From positions 1,352,927 to 1,416,926 of the forward strand of contig MU053513.1 of the NCBI GenBank assembly GCA_013239625.1: DNA of 64,000 bases, read 5' to 3'. The number at the start of each line of letters is the position of its first letter. Positions within the stretch are counted from its first letter, which is position 1. The translations under genes were made by a program, and so were the position numbers. This DNA is from Lama guanicoe. Lineage: Eukaryota. Below the pieces are notes generated by a model that saw only the letters and a list, made by a program, of their open reading frames with translations, had not been told where the DNA came from and did not search any database. Shown here piece by piece: positions 1 to 12,990 of this stretch.

Positions 1-264
1 CCTGTAACCAGTTGGTCAGAAGCCCAGGTGACCACATGGACTTGCAACTGACACCTGAAATGGTGTGTGGGCAGAGGTGGGGGCCTGTGGGGGAACAAAG
101 TGTGGGAAGACAGTCTTAAGGGACTCAGCCCTAACGTGAGATCTAATGCTGTTTCCAGGTAGATAGTATCAGAATTATGCTGAGTTGTAGTACACCCAGC
201 TGGTATCTGAGAATTGCTTGGTGGTGTGGAAGAACCACCCTCATACACTGGAATTAGGTGCAGA
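1..264 (+). mobile_element. 3' part of a MER21-like (ERVL-class) LTR, cut by the window edge
   Basis: Contains 'ccaggtagatagtatcagaatt...acacccagctggtatctgagaattgcttggtg', typical of the MER21 3' end. It is related in reverse complement to 62290-62580. Confidence 0.7.
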
Positions 265-373
265 CCCATTACATTGATTCTTCATTTTAGGTTCCATCCC
301 CATGGGGATAATGTTCTATTTATTACCCTGTGTTATAAATTCAAATGCATTTTGTACATGAACTATGCTTTTA

Positions 374-511
374 CTTGTACTATTTGTTTTCTGAGGGGGA
401 GGTAATTAGGTTTCTTCATTGATTTCTGCTTGGAGGAGGTACCGGGGTTTGAACCGGGGACCTCATGGGTGCTGAGCAGGCACTTTACCACTGGATCTAT
501 ACCCTTCTCCC
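374..511 (-). mobile_element. tRNA-derived camelid SINE (Vic-1-like)
   Basis: Minus strand reads gggagaagggtatagatccagtggtaaagtg...ggttcaaacccc (A/B boxes). Perfect 15-bp TSD tgaactatgctttta at 359-373 and 512-526. Confidence 0.9.
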
Positions 512-2361
512 TGAACTATGCTTTTAGACATATTGGAGATAGAACTCTTTAGTGACTTTCTTACCAATTATTTTCTTACATGAATTACTACAGACAATCC
601 TTCCTGCTGTCTTTTATTTCTGTAATAAACCATTTGATAGCTTTACAGAGATGGCTTTTCCCCTCCTGCTTCATATGCATCTTGAATTGTTCTTACCGAG
701 GAAGAAGGAAACCATTCAAGAAAGAAAGCCAAAAGAAAATGGTTCGAAGGAGACAGAAAAGATTCAAAAGTCAAAGTCAAGTTGCGGGTGAATAGAAATT
801 TTCATTGCACATTAAAAGTGAAGAAACTCTGTAGCATGGGAATAATTGGATAAGAATACAACGTTACCCACAGAAGACTAACTCAGACCTTCCAACAAGA
901 GGCAACAGCCACTGCTACACGAAACGTGAAGCAGACCACACACATAAGGGATAGGGGGAATATTGTCTCCATCCCGGGATAAAACTAACAGGTCATGGTA
1001 GCTGTGAATTTTCTATTCCATTTCACATAATCCCCCTGAATACCAGGCAAGGCACATATTATCTTGCAGATAAGAAAACTTCCCTGAAGTTGCTAGGTTG
1101 CTAAAGGTAAAGCTAGAACTCTAACCCAAGTCTAGCAAAACTAAATCCTCTGCTTACGTTATACTACTGCTACCGCAGATCACCCCTGAATAGTAATCAA
1201 CATTGATAAACTGATATATTGTAAAACGAAAAAGCCTGGTTTCAAGTTTCTCGTCAGCCACCTCTCAGAAAATTCGTTGGTCATAAGTGACACAAACAAC
1301 GCAATCAGTCAGAATGAAAAGTGGCCTTAAACAATTCAGCGGGTGGATTTTGGATTTGTGACGGGGAGGGCTTGTTTTTATGACATAAGCAAGTTCTTTG
1401 GGCAAGAGAATGAGCTTACTGTGAGTTTTCCTGCTGAAATTTCCAACAATCATCTGTCATATTTGTGCTTTTGGATAACCGGAACCAAGCAATTCTGCTG
1501 TGAGTCTTTACTGTAGACTAAATTTATTGTCCAGATCATAGACACCCTTTTGTCTATGTACCTAAAGTCTAGTTCCAAAATATCACAGTGAATGTGACCA
1601 GGAAGAAATATAGTTTAATGTTTACTTTCACGCTCATTCATGACATAATTAAATATGGCGCATCCTAGAGTTAAGTAACATTGATTTTAAAACTAGTCAC
1701 CGATTAGTTCTGCACTAATTTGGGACAAGGGCCACACTGCTTCGTTAGACTATTGAATTTTAAGTCTGAAAGGAAAGACATTTTGTATTTCAGGGATGGG
1801 CTAGACTAAAATTGTTTTTATAGCATAATTTGTCAGCCCGCTAATCCTGTCTCTTTTATAACACCCCAGAGCACCTGGTAGAGAGAGAATCCTGACCACA
1901 GAATTGAAAAGAAAATTGAAAACAAAGACATCTGGTCTCCCCGATGACGGCCACGCTCTGCTTTGCTAGCACTGGCCTTGTCTTACCAATGCACTCTGAG
2001 AATTACATCAGGGCCCCATTTCTCTGGAACCTAAATTCGAAACTCCACATTTTTGTGGAGAACCCCAGGCTTCAAACAAAATTTCTAATACTGTTGTGCC
2101 GAAGAGAAGCTGTTTCTAATCTAGCACGTCTCACAAACAACATTCCTTTTATGTGGTGCTGGTGATGTGCCAAATTCTGTACTTTTGAGCCCTGTTTTTG
2201 CAACACACAAAGCCAGATTCTGTGATGGGAAAAAGGCTTCTTTTACTTTTGCCATCATTCAGGATATTTTGCCTTAACTAAATTTCCTAAAACTCGCCAT
2301 TTCTCTAACAGCTTTCTGGTCACTCTACCCTACTCCACCTCCAACAAGATAGACAGAGAGA

Positions 2362-2482
2362 GCGAGCATTGGACTAAGAAGCAAGAGGACTGGATTCTGA
2401 CGCCTCTTCCCCTGAGGAGCTGTGCAACTTCAGAAGACTCTTAAGCTCTCTGGCCCTCTTTTTCTTCCAGTGCAAAATGGGA
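2362..2482 (+). mobile_element. MIR SINE fragment
   Basis: Degenerate MIR core 'gagctgtgcaactt...ctctctggcc...cagtgcaaaatggg'. Confidence 0.55.
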
Positions 2483-2829
2483 CATCAGCTCATGGGTTTT
2501 TCAAGCAGTTATCCCTGGACCATGGAGCTCAGGGTTCTAGAAACACTAAAGGACTGTCTGCCAAAAAGAAGAAGAGGAAGAGAAAGAGGAGAAGGTAGAA
2601 GGAAGGAAGGAAAGGGGTGATGAGGATAAGGAAGAGAAGGGAGATTTTTCCACCTAAGGGACTGATCCATTGCTTTTATCTTTTTTTCACAGATTGAAGC
2701 TCTTCATGAGATTCTAGACAAGATTTTACTTGAGACTATTAAAAAGTAGACCAGTTGCTGAAAGAGGTAGAAATGATCTCTGGGGTTCTTTCTGGCTCTA
2801 AAATTCTGTTAATGATTATGATGGCTACC

Positions 2830-3020
2830 TTTTGCTACCATTTATTTAGTGTCTCCTATGTGTCAGGTCCTTTTCACCTATTATTTTATTTAATCCTCAT
2901 GAAAACTCTTCAAGGAATTTATTTATTATTCCCTTTTTTCCTCCATGGCTTGAAACCTTTTAAGAAAGGAACCAAGATATAAACCATTATCTGCCAGGTT
3001 CAAAGACCATGTCTTCTCTA
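2830..3020 (-). mobile_element. MIR SINE fragment
   Basis: 'ccatttatttagtgtctcctatgtgtcagg...attttatttaatcctcatgaaaactct...ttattcccttttt' matches the antisense MIR pattern. Confidence 0.55.
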
Positions 3021-3095
3021 TTCTCTCCATAGGGTTCCATGATTGAAGTTAAATTTTAAAAATCTTTAAGGAAATTATTTAGAATATTAACAGGA

Positions 3096-3597
3096 TGTAA
3101 TAGGCAGAATAATGACCTCTCGAAGGTGTCCATCTCCTAATCCCCAGAATTTGTGAAAGGGGCTGCATGGATGTGACTGAGTCAAAGAACTTGTGATGGG
3201 AAAGTTATTCTAGATTATCAAGGTGGGTCCCACACTCACAAGGGCTCCTATAGGGAAAGAAGGAGGCAGAAGAGCTAGGGAGGGAAATATGATGATGAAA
3301 GCAGAGAACCCAAATAATGCAGCATGAGAAAGACTGAACCAGCTATTGCTGGCTTTAAAGATACAGGAAATGTTGCCAAGAGCCAAGAATAAGAATAGCC
3401 TCTAGAAGCTGGAAAAGGCTAGGAAACATTCTCCCCTAGAGCCTCCAGAAAGAATGCAGCCCTGCCAACACCGTGATTTTAGCTTAGCAAGAGAATTTTG
3501 GACTTCTGACCTCCATAACTGTAAGATAATAAATTTATGTCGTTTAAGCCACTAAGGTTGTGGTAACCTGTTATAACAGCAATAGGAAACTAATACA
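3096..3597 (+). mobile_element. MaLR solo LTR (MLT1C/D-like)
   Basis: TG...CA ends (tgtaataggcagaataatg...ggaaactaataca), MLT1 motifs 'ctctagaagctggaaaaggc' and 'ttaagccactaa', 5-bp TSD cagga/caggg. Confidence 0.85.
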
Positions 3598-4760
3598 CAG
3601 GGACTCTTGAGCAGTTGTCTATAATTTTCCTTAAAGGACTTCAGCATAGACAGTGTAATACCACGTTATTAGACTGATTACAAGTCAGATACAATTAGAT
3701 GCTCGAATTAGGAATCTGTACTCCAGAGGGGGCCGGCTAGCCCTGTACCCCTAAGGCCACACTCCAGAGGTGGCTATTACCCTGCTCCCATTACCAGTTT
3801 CACTGATCATCAGCAGATGTTTTATCAATTAGCACACTTCATGTCAAAAACAGGATCTTACTGGTGAAATCAGTGGCTTGTCAGTTAGCAGAGTGAACGT
3901 TAGAAATACATTCTCATTTGTTGAATTTAAAGGATTCGAGGTATGTGGAATGGCTAAAATCTTTCGGAAACTTTCACCAACCTTGAATGAGCCAAATATA
4001 AGACCTTTAGCCTCAGCCCTTCCTAATGGGGCCCGTGGCTTGATCTCTAAGTGGTCTTGTGTCCAGTTATTGGAGAATTTTTGGTTGACTAATATCAACC
4101 ATAAGAGAAACAAAATCCTTCCTCTAGAATGTCATTGCGCCTGCCTTGAGAAAACCATTCTTACAAGGTGGTGTCAGAGCACCAGAAAGATCAGAAACCT
4201 GAGATTTTATCAGCATGGGGTCTATGAAGTATTTTGTGACATCTAGCTAATAAACATGTGTTTAACAAATGTCCATTTGTGTGGCTTGAGTTGGCCTAAG
4301 ACATATTTCATTTCAACAGCTATCAATTAATTTGAAGAAACCTAAAGTCAGGGTGAAATTAAACTAGTCTAGGTCAGTTTGTGACAGTAGTCCACTTACA
4401 AGAGCTACCTATATTGGGAAAACATAAAGCTCAGCCTTCCTGATTATTTGCAGCTGTAAAGATGTGTTCTATTACCGATGAGATCTGCAGTGATAACTGA
4501 GAGGCTAGTGTTTATTAACAGCAAATCAATTTCTGGACTTGCTTTCACTAAATTATATTCTAAGGGCTCCTGTGGAAGAAAAGTGACACAGATCCTCATG
4601 AAACACTCCTCTGAAAGTATCCCCTAACCTATCACCATGACAGTTTGAGATATAACCTTCTATGATAAGCAGAAGTGAGGCCATCAGCCTTTGTCCGTGG
4701 AAAATTTCTGTCCCGATTTCAGGCATGAGAAGTAGAAAGCCAAAAAAATTTGTCAAGAAA

Positions 4761-4776
4761 CCTGCAGGGGGCGCTA
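4761..4776 (+). promoter_or_regulatory. Candidate CTCF binding site
   Basis: cctgcagggggcgcta is a near-consensus CTCF core (CCASYAGRKGGCRS) with an intact CpG, in non-repeat sequence. Motif only. Confidence 0.55.
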
Positions 4777-5609
4777 AGGAGAAAAGAAGCAGATAAGAGC
4801 TAAGAGCTAAGAGGAAAATCGGACGCGTGAAGATCTGCCAAATTTCAGAAGAACCACTTGTTCTACCTGTCTCATGGACTTCCGGGATGAGGGGTGAATT
4901 TTAGGTAGCAAACCTAAGCAAGATTACAATACATCTGACAGAGCCTTCCCCATGTAAAGGCTCGCTGCTCCATAAGAACGGACGGAAGTGGACCAGAGGA
5001 TAGAGGGCATGATAAATGGGGTTTTTCACACACACATGAAAGCCATCCTAACAGATGTATCATTGCAACATGCTGCTTCAATTCTTTATTCTCTGGATTA
5101 TTTTGAGAGGAAGTTTACAGGCAAAATGCCTCAAAATGGCTACCAACGGCCATATGGAAACAATGAACAAAATGTCTGTGTTTACTTCTACACACATGAA
5201 CTAGTCTAAATGATTTGATTAAGACTTCCCAGTCTAGAGAGAAACTGTGGAGTCAGTTGCTTGTTTGTTTTGCTTCATAGAATGTTATGCTAGAAAAATA
5301 AAAATCTTAAAATTAATCTATTCCAGTCCTTTTATTTTACTAAGTAATTAACTTGCCCAAGGTCACAATAGCTGGTTAGCGCCGAAACGAAGTGATTGGT
5401 CTATACCACCGTGTTCTAGCATATCTATCTGTTGTGTTTGTATTATTTGGATATTTTCCTCATATTAATTTACATAAAATTGACAGCGCATCTGGCAGCA
5501 GTCTAAAGATTTCTTTCTTAATTTGTTAACACTTTAAATAAACAATAAATTGTATCTTCACTGCTGAGACACCCTTTTGCTTCTATTCAAATACAATGTG
5601 CAACATGTT

Positions 5610-5930
5610 CTTTCCCACTTGTCTGCCTTTGCTTATGATTTTCCATCTGCTTGGATTGTCATTGACCCAGTTCTCTGCCTGGCCGGCTCCCTTCCTCCCA
5701 AGGACCTGGGTCACTTGTCAGTCCCTCTGTGAGGCCTCCCCCGAGTAACCCTGGAAGAGCTGGCCATTCGTGTTCCCTCTTTGCATCCTGACATAGTGTT
5801 CCTCGTGCAGGTTTTAAACATCTTTCTGCAGCTGCCTCTCCCACTCATTCATGAACCCCTTAAAGTCTGGGATGTCTAATCATTTTGTTTTCCACTCACC
5901 CTCTCCCTTCTTCCTTAGCACCTAGCACAC
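5610..5930 (+). mobile_element. L2 LINE 3' fragment
   Basis: 'gcctttgcttatgattttccatctgcttgga...ccttagcacctagcaca' matches the L2 3'-end pattern. Confidence 0.55.
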
Positions 5931-6376
5931 CGTTGATTTTATAACAAGACCCAAAAACTAAATCAAATCTTGGGGGATAAAGAGACACATTTTAATATCA
6001 TTATAACAATTACCAATATTTAAAATGAAAAAAATAATAATAATAAAGAAAGTTCACTCATTATGCAACATGTTAGAAAAGAAAGCTGTAGAACTTCCCC
6101 TTAGAAGCTCTGGTGGAGTAAACAGACACCATCACTCGGAATAGGAGTGTCAAGATTAGACGGCTCTACAAGACTAATTTCAAAGCCTTTTCCCACTCTT
6201 TGGTTTCCTCCCATTATTTTCATCATTTAACAACAGAATTTGTAGCTATTTTGCAAAATAGCCAACCAATGATCTTCTTAAACAGAATGTGAATTTGAGC
6301 AGTAGCTTACGCATGTGGTCTGCTAACATGTGCACGATTTCTATTCCAAATTTACATTAAAAACTATCCTGGTGGA

Positions 6377-6878
6377 TGTGATAAGCACAGTGATGGCTCC
6401 CAAAGATGTACATCTCCTCATCGCCAGAACCTGTGAATATCTTGCGTTACACGGCTCGAGGGAACTACACTTGCAGATGAAATTAAATTGATAACCAGCG
6501 GACCTTGACATGGAAAGATTATCCTGGGTTATCTGGGTGAGCTCACTGTAACCACAAAGGCCCTTAAATGAGGAAGAATGAAGCAGAAGAGCAAGAGCCA
6601 GAGAGACGGCATCACGAGGACTCGATCAGCTAGCTTTGGAGCTAGTGGAATGGGGCCACTAGCCAAAAACTGTGGGCAACCTCTAGAAGACGGAAATGAC
6701 AAGAAAACAGGTCTTCCTCAGAGCCTCCAGGAGGAATGTAGCTGTGCTGACACCCTGATTTTCGCTCAGCAAGACCCACTCTGGACTTCAGACCTCCAAA
6801 GCTGTAACATAACAGATGTGTGCTGCTTAAGCCACTAAGTTTGTAGTATTTGTTACAACAGCAATAGGAAGTTATACA
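6377..6878 (+). mobile_element. MaLR solo LTR (MLT1D-like)
   Basis: tgtgataagc...ctcccaaagatgtac...agaacctgtgaatat...ttaagccactaagtttgtag...gcaataggaagttataca. Clearly homologous to 3096-3597. Confidence 0.85.
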
Positions 6879-7774
6879 GCGAGAATCTAGTCATGTGAAT
6901 GCCATCATGTATGTAAGTACTGCCGTAACTGAATACGTGTAGCCAGCACGTTTGGATGAGCACATTTCTCAAATCGCTGAGATACTTTCAGGCTTTTTAC
7001 AAATATAGGTATCAACTTAAATTAAACTTTACTTATTTATGGCAATGCCTCTGATTTCCCTGATGATGATTAGCTTATGAAACTAATAGAATGCCAATGG
7101 TATTAGCTATCACTGGCTAAAACTTTGCAGAGATACAGAAAGGGAAAGAATTATTAGGAATAATTATGAGGTTTGAAGATTGAGTAGTAAAAGGAGCACT
7201 GTAAAAAGCCATTTTTTAATTAATGATGTGTATTCGATTCTATAAAGAAAGAAACGATGTTCCAATGTGAGTCACTCTCACATTGATCATTTTCATGGAC
7301 TTCTCCACAGACATAACAAACACAATAGAGAAAACCCAAACAACATCAGTAACTATGAATTATGTTTTTCCTTCCACAGCCAGTGTTGTCAAAAAGTCTC
7401 CAAAACTTTTTGAGTGTTTGTAACTATCCTGTTAAAGTGACATACTATTATTTCTTTTACTTGACAGATGCATGCATGACTATTTGTCCTTCAACAGAAA
7501 CGTTTTGGCCTTGGCTTCCCAATCCATTTCATAGCTCTTGGTCTGCATCCAAGTACATAACTGTTTGAGACTGTGGAATGATAAGAATAATTGAATACTG
7601 AGAGCAAGCATTTATCTGTCCCTCTTTGGCACTAGATCAGTCCAGTAATAGTAATCACTTTGACTTCCATGCTTTGGATTTTCAAATTCTAGTCGTGTTG
7701 ATCAAACAAAAATTCATGCTCAATCCTCATCTTCCTAGTATGTCAGAAGCCACTAAAAATTGGTGTTTAAGCTA

Positions 7775-8127
7775 TGCATCTGTCTTGGACTGGGCTGCTA
7801 TAATAATATACCACAGACTGGGGATCTTATAAAAAACAGAAATTCACTTCTCAGGAAGGCTGGGCATTCTGGAGGCTGGAAGTCTGGGATCAAGGTACCA
7901 GCGTGTTGGGTGAGGGCCCTCTTTAAGGTTTCAGACTTTTTGTTCTACCCCTACATGACGGAAGAGGCTAGAGAATTCTGTGGAGTCTTTTCTGCAAGAA
8001 TAATAATCCCATTCATGAGGCTTTCACCCTCATGATCTGATCACCTCCCAGAGGCCCCCACCTCCTAGCACCATCGCCAGGACCACCATGTAAATTTAAG
8101 GGGGACATAAGCATTCAGAGCACAGCA
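7775..8127 (-). mobile_element. MaLR solo LTR (MLT1A-like)
   Basis: 'gggctgctataata...ccacagactgg...ttctggaggctggaagtc...atcacctcccagaggccccacctc...ggggacataagcattcag' matches antisense MLT1A. Confidence 0.8.
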
Positions 8128-8149
8128 ACACACTAGCCAACATACAGCA

Positions 8150-8800
8150 TTATCAGCTTCTTCCTCAATGTCACCCTCCGGATTCTATCTCCACCCCAAA
8201 TCCAATTAGCCACTGTCAATTCTGTGTCAGCACTGTTTCTCAAATCTAATCCCCAAGTCCATTCCCTCTATCAGTATTTTAGTCCAAGATGTTCTCTCCT
8301 CTTACCTCTGACCTTTTAATCCAGACCATCACCCACATGACCTCTAAAATCTCCCTTCTTTGATGTGAAACTTCTATCTGCTACCAGTTTCCTACAGAGT
8401 AGCCATTAAATCTTTTATCTCATCATACAAGACTTCCACAGTTTGATGGTACCTACGTTTCCAGCAGTATTTCATCCATTTTTCCCTACCTCCTCCCCTC
8501 CGGCCAAATACAGCCTTCCATTATAGCCCTCAAATAAGTCACAGCCTTTCGTGCTTTGGTGTCTTGGCACATAGTATTTCATACTCAGGGATTCCCTGTC
8601 TGGCATACTCCTGACATACTTTTAGAACTGACTCAAGTGCGACATCTTTGAGAGGTCGCTTCCAACGTTCCTAAATATCAAATTCCTTCTCTGTGATTCC
8701 TCAGGTTTTTGCGTCATGCTAGTTATCACAATGAATTATAATTATCCTTTTTCATACTGTCTTAATGAAACACAGAGGAACCCTTGACCTGAGCTGAGCT
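8150..8800 (+). mobile_element. L2 LINE fragment
   Basis: Pyrimidine-rich degenerate L2 motifs (ccaaatccaattagccac, cagtttcctacagagt...cttccac). Confidence 0.45.
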
Positions 8801-8967
8801 CTTTTTCACTGAAACTAAATACTAAATAATTATTTCACATCTTCCTCCAGTTTTTGCAAAACTTATAGGGTATGTAATGGGATCTCCTATGGGAAGAATG
8901 CCAGCAAAAGATTAAATTCATATTTCTTTTTCCCTTCTTTAGCAAGGCAAGTGCCAGTTGTAGTCAC

Positions 8968-8989
8968 TGTGTGTGTGTGTGTGTGTGTG
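8968..8989 (+). repeat. (TG)11 microsatellite
   Basis: Read directly. Confidence 0.95.
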
Positions 8990-9094
8990 GAATAAAATTA
9001 TATGTAGGTCAAAAAATCACCTTGGGATCACAAAAGACAGTTTCCATTGGACGGTGGGCACAGAGGGGATAGCTCAGTAATCCGGGGGAAGGGT

Positions 9095-9507
9095 AAGTAT
9101 TTGTTTTCAATGGCTGTTGTAAAAAATTACCGTAAACTTCATTTTCTCACACTTCTGGAGGCCAGAAGTCTGAAATCAGTTTCACTGAGCCAAAATCAAG
9201 GTGATGGCAGAGCAGCATTCCCTCCAAAGGATCTAGGGGAAGATCTGTTTTTCCCTCTTCCAGCTTTTAGTGGCTGGTGGCGTTCCTCGCCTTGTGGTTA
9301 CAGTACTCCCGTCACTACTGCTGTGGTCGGATTGTCTTTTGTGTGTGACTTTGAAGTCTCCCTCTCTCTTCCTCCTGTAAGGATACATGTGATGAAATCC
9401 TGGATCATCCAGGATTATCTTCCTTTGTCAAAATCCCTAATTTAATTACATCTGCAAAAACTTTTTTTTCCTTAAAATCTTTGGTGGCCATTACTCAGCT
9501 TAATATA
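9095..9507 (-). mobile_element. MaLR LTR (MLT1B/C-like)
   Basis: 'ttctggaggccagaagtctgaaatcag...tggatcatccaggattatct...aattacatctgcaaa...ggccattactcagc'. Confidence 0.75.
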
Positions 9508-9577
9508 AGGATTTAAAAAAAAGAGAAAAAAAACCTTTTCCTGATTAAAAAGAAAAGCAGGAACAGTTATTGTCAAC

Positions 9578-11403
9578 AAAAATGGCAGAGTAGGGAAATC
9601 CAAAATTCCATCGCTCCGCAAAGTAATAAATTAGCTCATGAAAACTTGTAATCACCTTGTATGGATCTCTGGAAACTAATCAAAAACTTACAACACCGAG
9701 TGGAATACTTAGTGAAAGAGGCTACCAAATTGCAGTGTTTAAGAGCTCTGTCAAGAAGAGGAGGGTATAGCTCAGGTGATGGGAGTGTGTGCTTAGCAAG
9801 CACAAGGTTCTGGGTTCAATCCCCAGTGCCTCCATTAAGATAAATAAATAAATAAACCCAATTACCTTTCCCCTGCCCCCTCCAAAAAAAAAACTCTAAA
9901 TATAAGAATTCTTTGTCAAATCACCATGTGCTGAAACAGAAACTTCAATGGCCACACACAACAAAGAGTACAGACTTTATAAAAAAATAGTTTAGAAAAG
10001 TCATTAAACAAACAAACATCAACAACTGAAAACAGGCAGCACACAGGGGAAGGGGGTGAATTTGATTTCCAGATTTGCCACATTATGATATTAAGAAGTT
10101 TCTTTTTCAACAACAACAAAAAAATGGCAAGACATTCAAGGAAAGGAGAAAGTATGTTTCACTCACAAGAAAAAATAAGTTAAGAGAAGCTGTCCCTGAG
10201 GAAGCCCAGGCATTGGACTTACTGGGCAAAAAATCAACTGTTTTAAATATACTCAAAGATATACTCAAGTGAACAATTTCTCATCAAATAGAGAGCACTA
10301 ATAAAAAGACAGAAACTATAAAAAGGGATCAAAAAGAAATTCTGATCTAACAAGTACAGTAACTGAAATGAAATATTCACCAGAGGGGTAAAAGAGCAGA
10401 TCTGGGTAGGCAGAAGGAAGAATCAGCAAGCTTGAACACAGCACAACTGAGATTATCTAGCCTGGGAAGCAGAAAGAAAAATGAATGAAGAAGAACAAAC
10501 AGAGCCTGAGAGACCTAGAGGGCATCAGCAAGCACATAGGCCAGAGGGAGTAGGGTGACATTATTAAGTGCTGAAGTTAAAAAAAAAAAAAGAAAAAAAG
10601 AAAGAAACCTGTCACCCAAGAATTCTATATACAGCAAAATTATCTTTTAAAAATAAAGAATAAATTAAAACATTCTCAGATAAACAAAAACTGAGGGAAT
10701 TCATTAACAGTAGAACTTTCTACAAGAAATGCTAAGGAAAGCCCTTCAAGCTGATGTGAAAGTAACCAAAACCAACCAACAGGGAAAGGCCCAGGACCAG
10801 TTACCTTCACCAGTGAGTTCAGCAAAGCATTTAAAAAACAATTAGCATCAGTTCTTCTCAAACTCTTCCAAAACATAGAAGAGGCAGGAATACTTCCTAA
10901 CTTATTCTATAGGTCCAGCAGTATCCTGATATCCAAGTCAAACAAAGACATCACAAGAAAACTATAGACCAATAACCCCAAGGAATATGGAGGAAAAAAA
11001 CCTCAAAAGACTAACAAATCCGAACCAGCATTATATTAAAAGGATTAATCACCATGATTAACTGGGATTTATCCCAGGAATGCAAGGATGTTTCCACATA
11101 TGAAAATCAATCAGTGCAATATGCCACATAAATAAAATAAAGGGGAAAAAACACATTATTATCTCGATTGAAGCATTTGGCAAATTCCAAGACCCTTTCA
11201 TGATTAAAATGTTAAGAAATTTAGAACTACAGAAGGTAACTTCCTCGACATAATAAGAATTTATGAAAAGCCCACAGCTAATATTATACTGGAAAGTTGA
11301 AAGCTTTCCCCCTGAGATCAGAAATAAGAAAGAATGCCCACTTTCACTGCTTCTGGTCAATACTGTACCAGAAGTTCTAGCCAGAAAATTGAGTCAAGAA
11401 AAC
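9578..11403 (+). mobile_element. Old, internally deleted L1 (5' UTR, ORF1 remnants, ORF2 RT fragment)
   Basis: 5'-like start 'aaaatggcagagtagg'; ORF1-type 'agaagaatcagcaagcttgaa' and 'ccaagaattctatatacagcaaaattatc'; ORF2-type 'gggatttatcccaggaatgcaaggatgtttc' (GFIPGMQG). Confidence 0.85.
9755..9893 (+). mobile_element. Vic-1-like SINE nested in the L1 5' region
   Basis: gagggtatagctcaggtg...gcttagcaagcacaaggttctgggttcaatccccag with a (TAAA)n/A tail. Degenerate TSD taagagctctgtcaa / taagaattctttgtcaa. Confidence 0.85.
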
Positions 11404-12769
11404 AGATGGTAGCAGCTGCAGCAAGGATCCAATCTCTGCCATTGTGCTCCTGGTCCCAACTGTACGACGGGCTTCAGAAGCAGTCTTCCTTGGCTCATGT
11501 CTGCTGGAGAGGCTCAACTGCACCACCATCCTGAATAACCTTGCATGTTCCGCTGGAGAGATTTGTCTGCTGTCATGGTTCTGATCTGCCCAGAAAGTGG
11601 GGCCCAGCAGCACTGGCCACTCCAGCCAAAGCTCTCTTGTCTTTACCCAACATAACATTGAGGATGTAGGAAGCCTAACCTCCAGAAAATTAGCTACCAC
11701 AGGGTGAATGCTCTAGTACGCTTGGCTGACTCCACTGAAGACCAGGATTCAACAAGGCCTGCTTCTACTCAGTCACTGCAATCCTTCTGCCATAGCCTCC
11801 AATCAAAATCTTAAAAAGCAAGATCCAGTTTCTCCTCCAAGATACCCAAATAGACAAGGGGCCCCTGGATAAACTGAAGTTTTGGATTTCATCCTCTTTG
11901 CAACAAGCAGAGTGCTCAAGCTTTTGCACTCTGGAAACTGAAAGACATTGTTGTGCTTTGACTGTGTAGAGGGACACCAAGTGATAGGAAATAGTCCAAG
12001 TCCTTTTTCGTTAACTGTTCCTCAAATGGTTGAGCCCATCACTCTATGTAAGCATGTATCTTTCCACTTGCAGAAGCTGTTTATGAGAACATCACATCTG
12101 ATGTGGATTGCTTTGTGGCATCTACAACCACCAAGGTCCAGGTGCCCTTGATCTTAACCACAGATAGAGAAACAGAAAGTCAGGGAAAGTTAAGATAAGC
12201 CTTCCGTGCCTTTTGTGCCCTTTGTCATCAGTTCTGTAAAAATTGGTATGACCAACAAATTCTCCTTGCCAGAAAGATGGGGAAAATCATACAGAAAATG
12301 TTGCAGAAATGGCTGAGGTTGAGGCTTGCCTGTATTTACCATGCTTATCCACCAGGGGATCCAGTTGCGGAGACTAGGAACATCTTCTCCACGTGCCAGC
12401 CAAATTGCTTTATTATTTCACCCTCTCCTCCCTCCCCTGGGGCAATCTAAGGGTGCTTTGTTTTGCCTTGCTCTGTTCTTCTTTTGTTGGTAGCAGTAAT
12501 GAAAAGGAAATATAAAGGCAATTCGAAAACAATTTTGATGTTTTTCTCTGGATCTAACACAAGGACTGAAATGTTACGTCTCAAAGCTGCTACATGGTAA
12601 GAATCACCAGGGTTGCTTGCTGGTGATGTAGATTACAGGGTTTTATCCCAGGCCTAGTAATAATATCTCTGTGTATCAGATTTTAAAACTTGCATATTTG
12701 TTCTACTTCATGTTACACACTAAAGTTTGAAGCAAAGACAAAAAAAATGCATAAAGATTCTCAGAGAGA

Positions 12770-12990
12770 TTTTTTCCTATTCTCCAAACCATGTATCTGA
12801 CTCACTAATGTACAAGCTCTTAGAAGGCATAGACCATGTACATATTATTCACCTGCCACTCATTCCTCAGTCCATCATCCAAACTCCCAGGATGCATCAG
12901 TCATTGGACTAGATGCTTCGTAAGCCAGAATACATGTTAACAGATACTCAATAAATGTTTGTTGAATAATGAATGGTGAATGAATGAACA
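12770..12990 (+). mobile_element. L2 LINE 3' end
   Basis: 'tgtacaagctcttagaaggcatagaccatg...atactcaataaatgtttgttgaataatgaatg' is the canonical L2 tail. Confidence 0.7.

Noticed and set aside
3718..3776. Direct repeat ctccagagggggc / ctccagaggtggc resembling CTCF motifs
   Set aside because: Only the 3' half of the CTCF core matches; too weak to call.
9757..9830. tRNA-like sequences here and at the other SINE heads
   Set aside because: They have diverged stems, A-rich tails and TSDs, so they are SINEs rather than tRNA genes.
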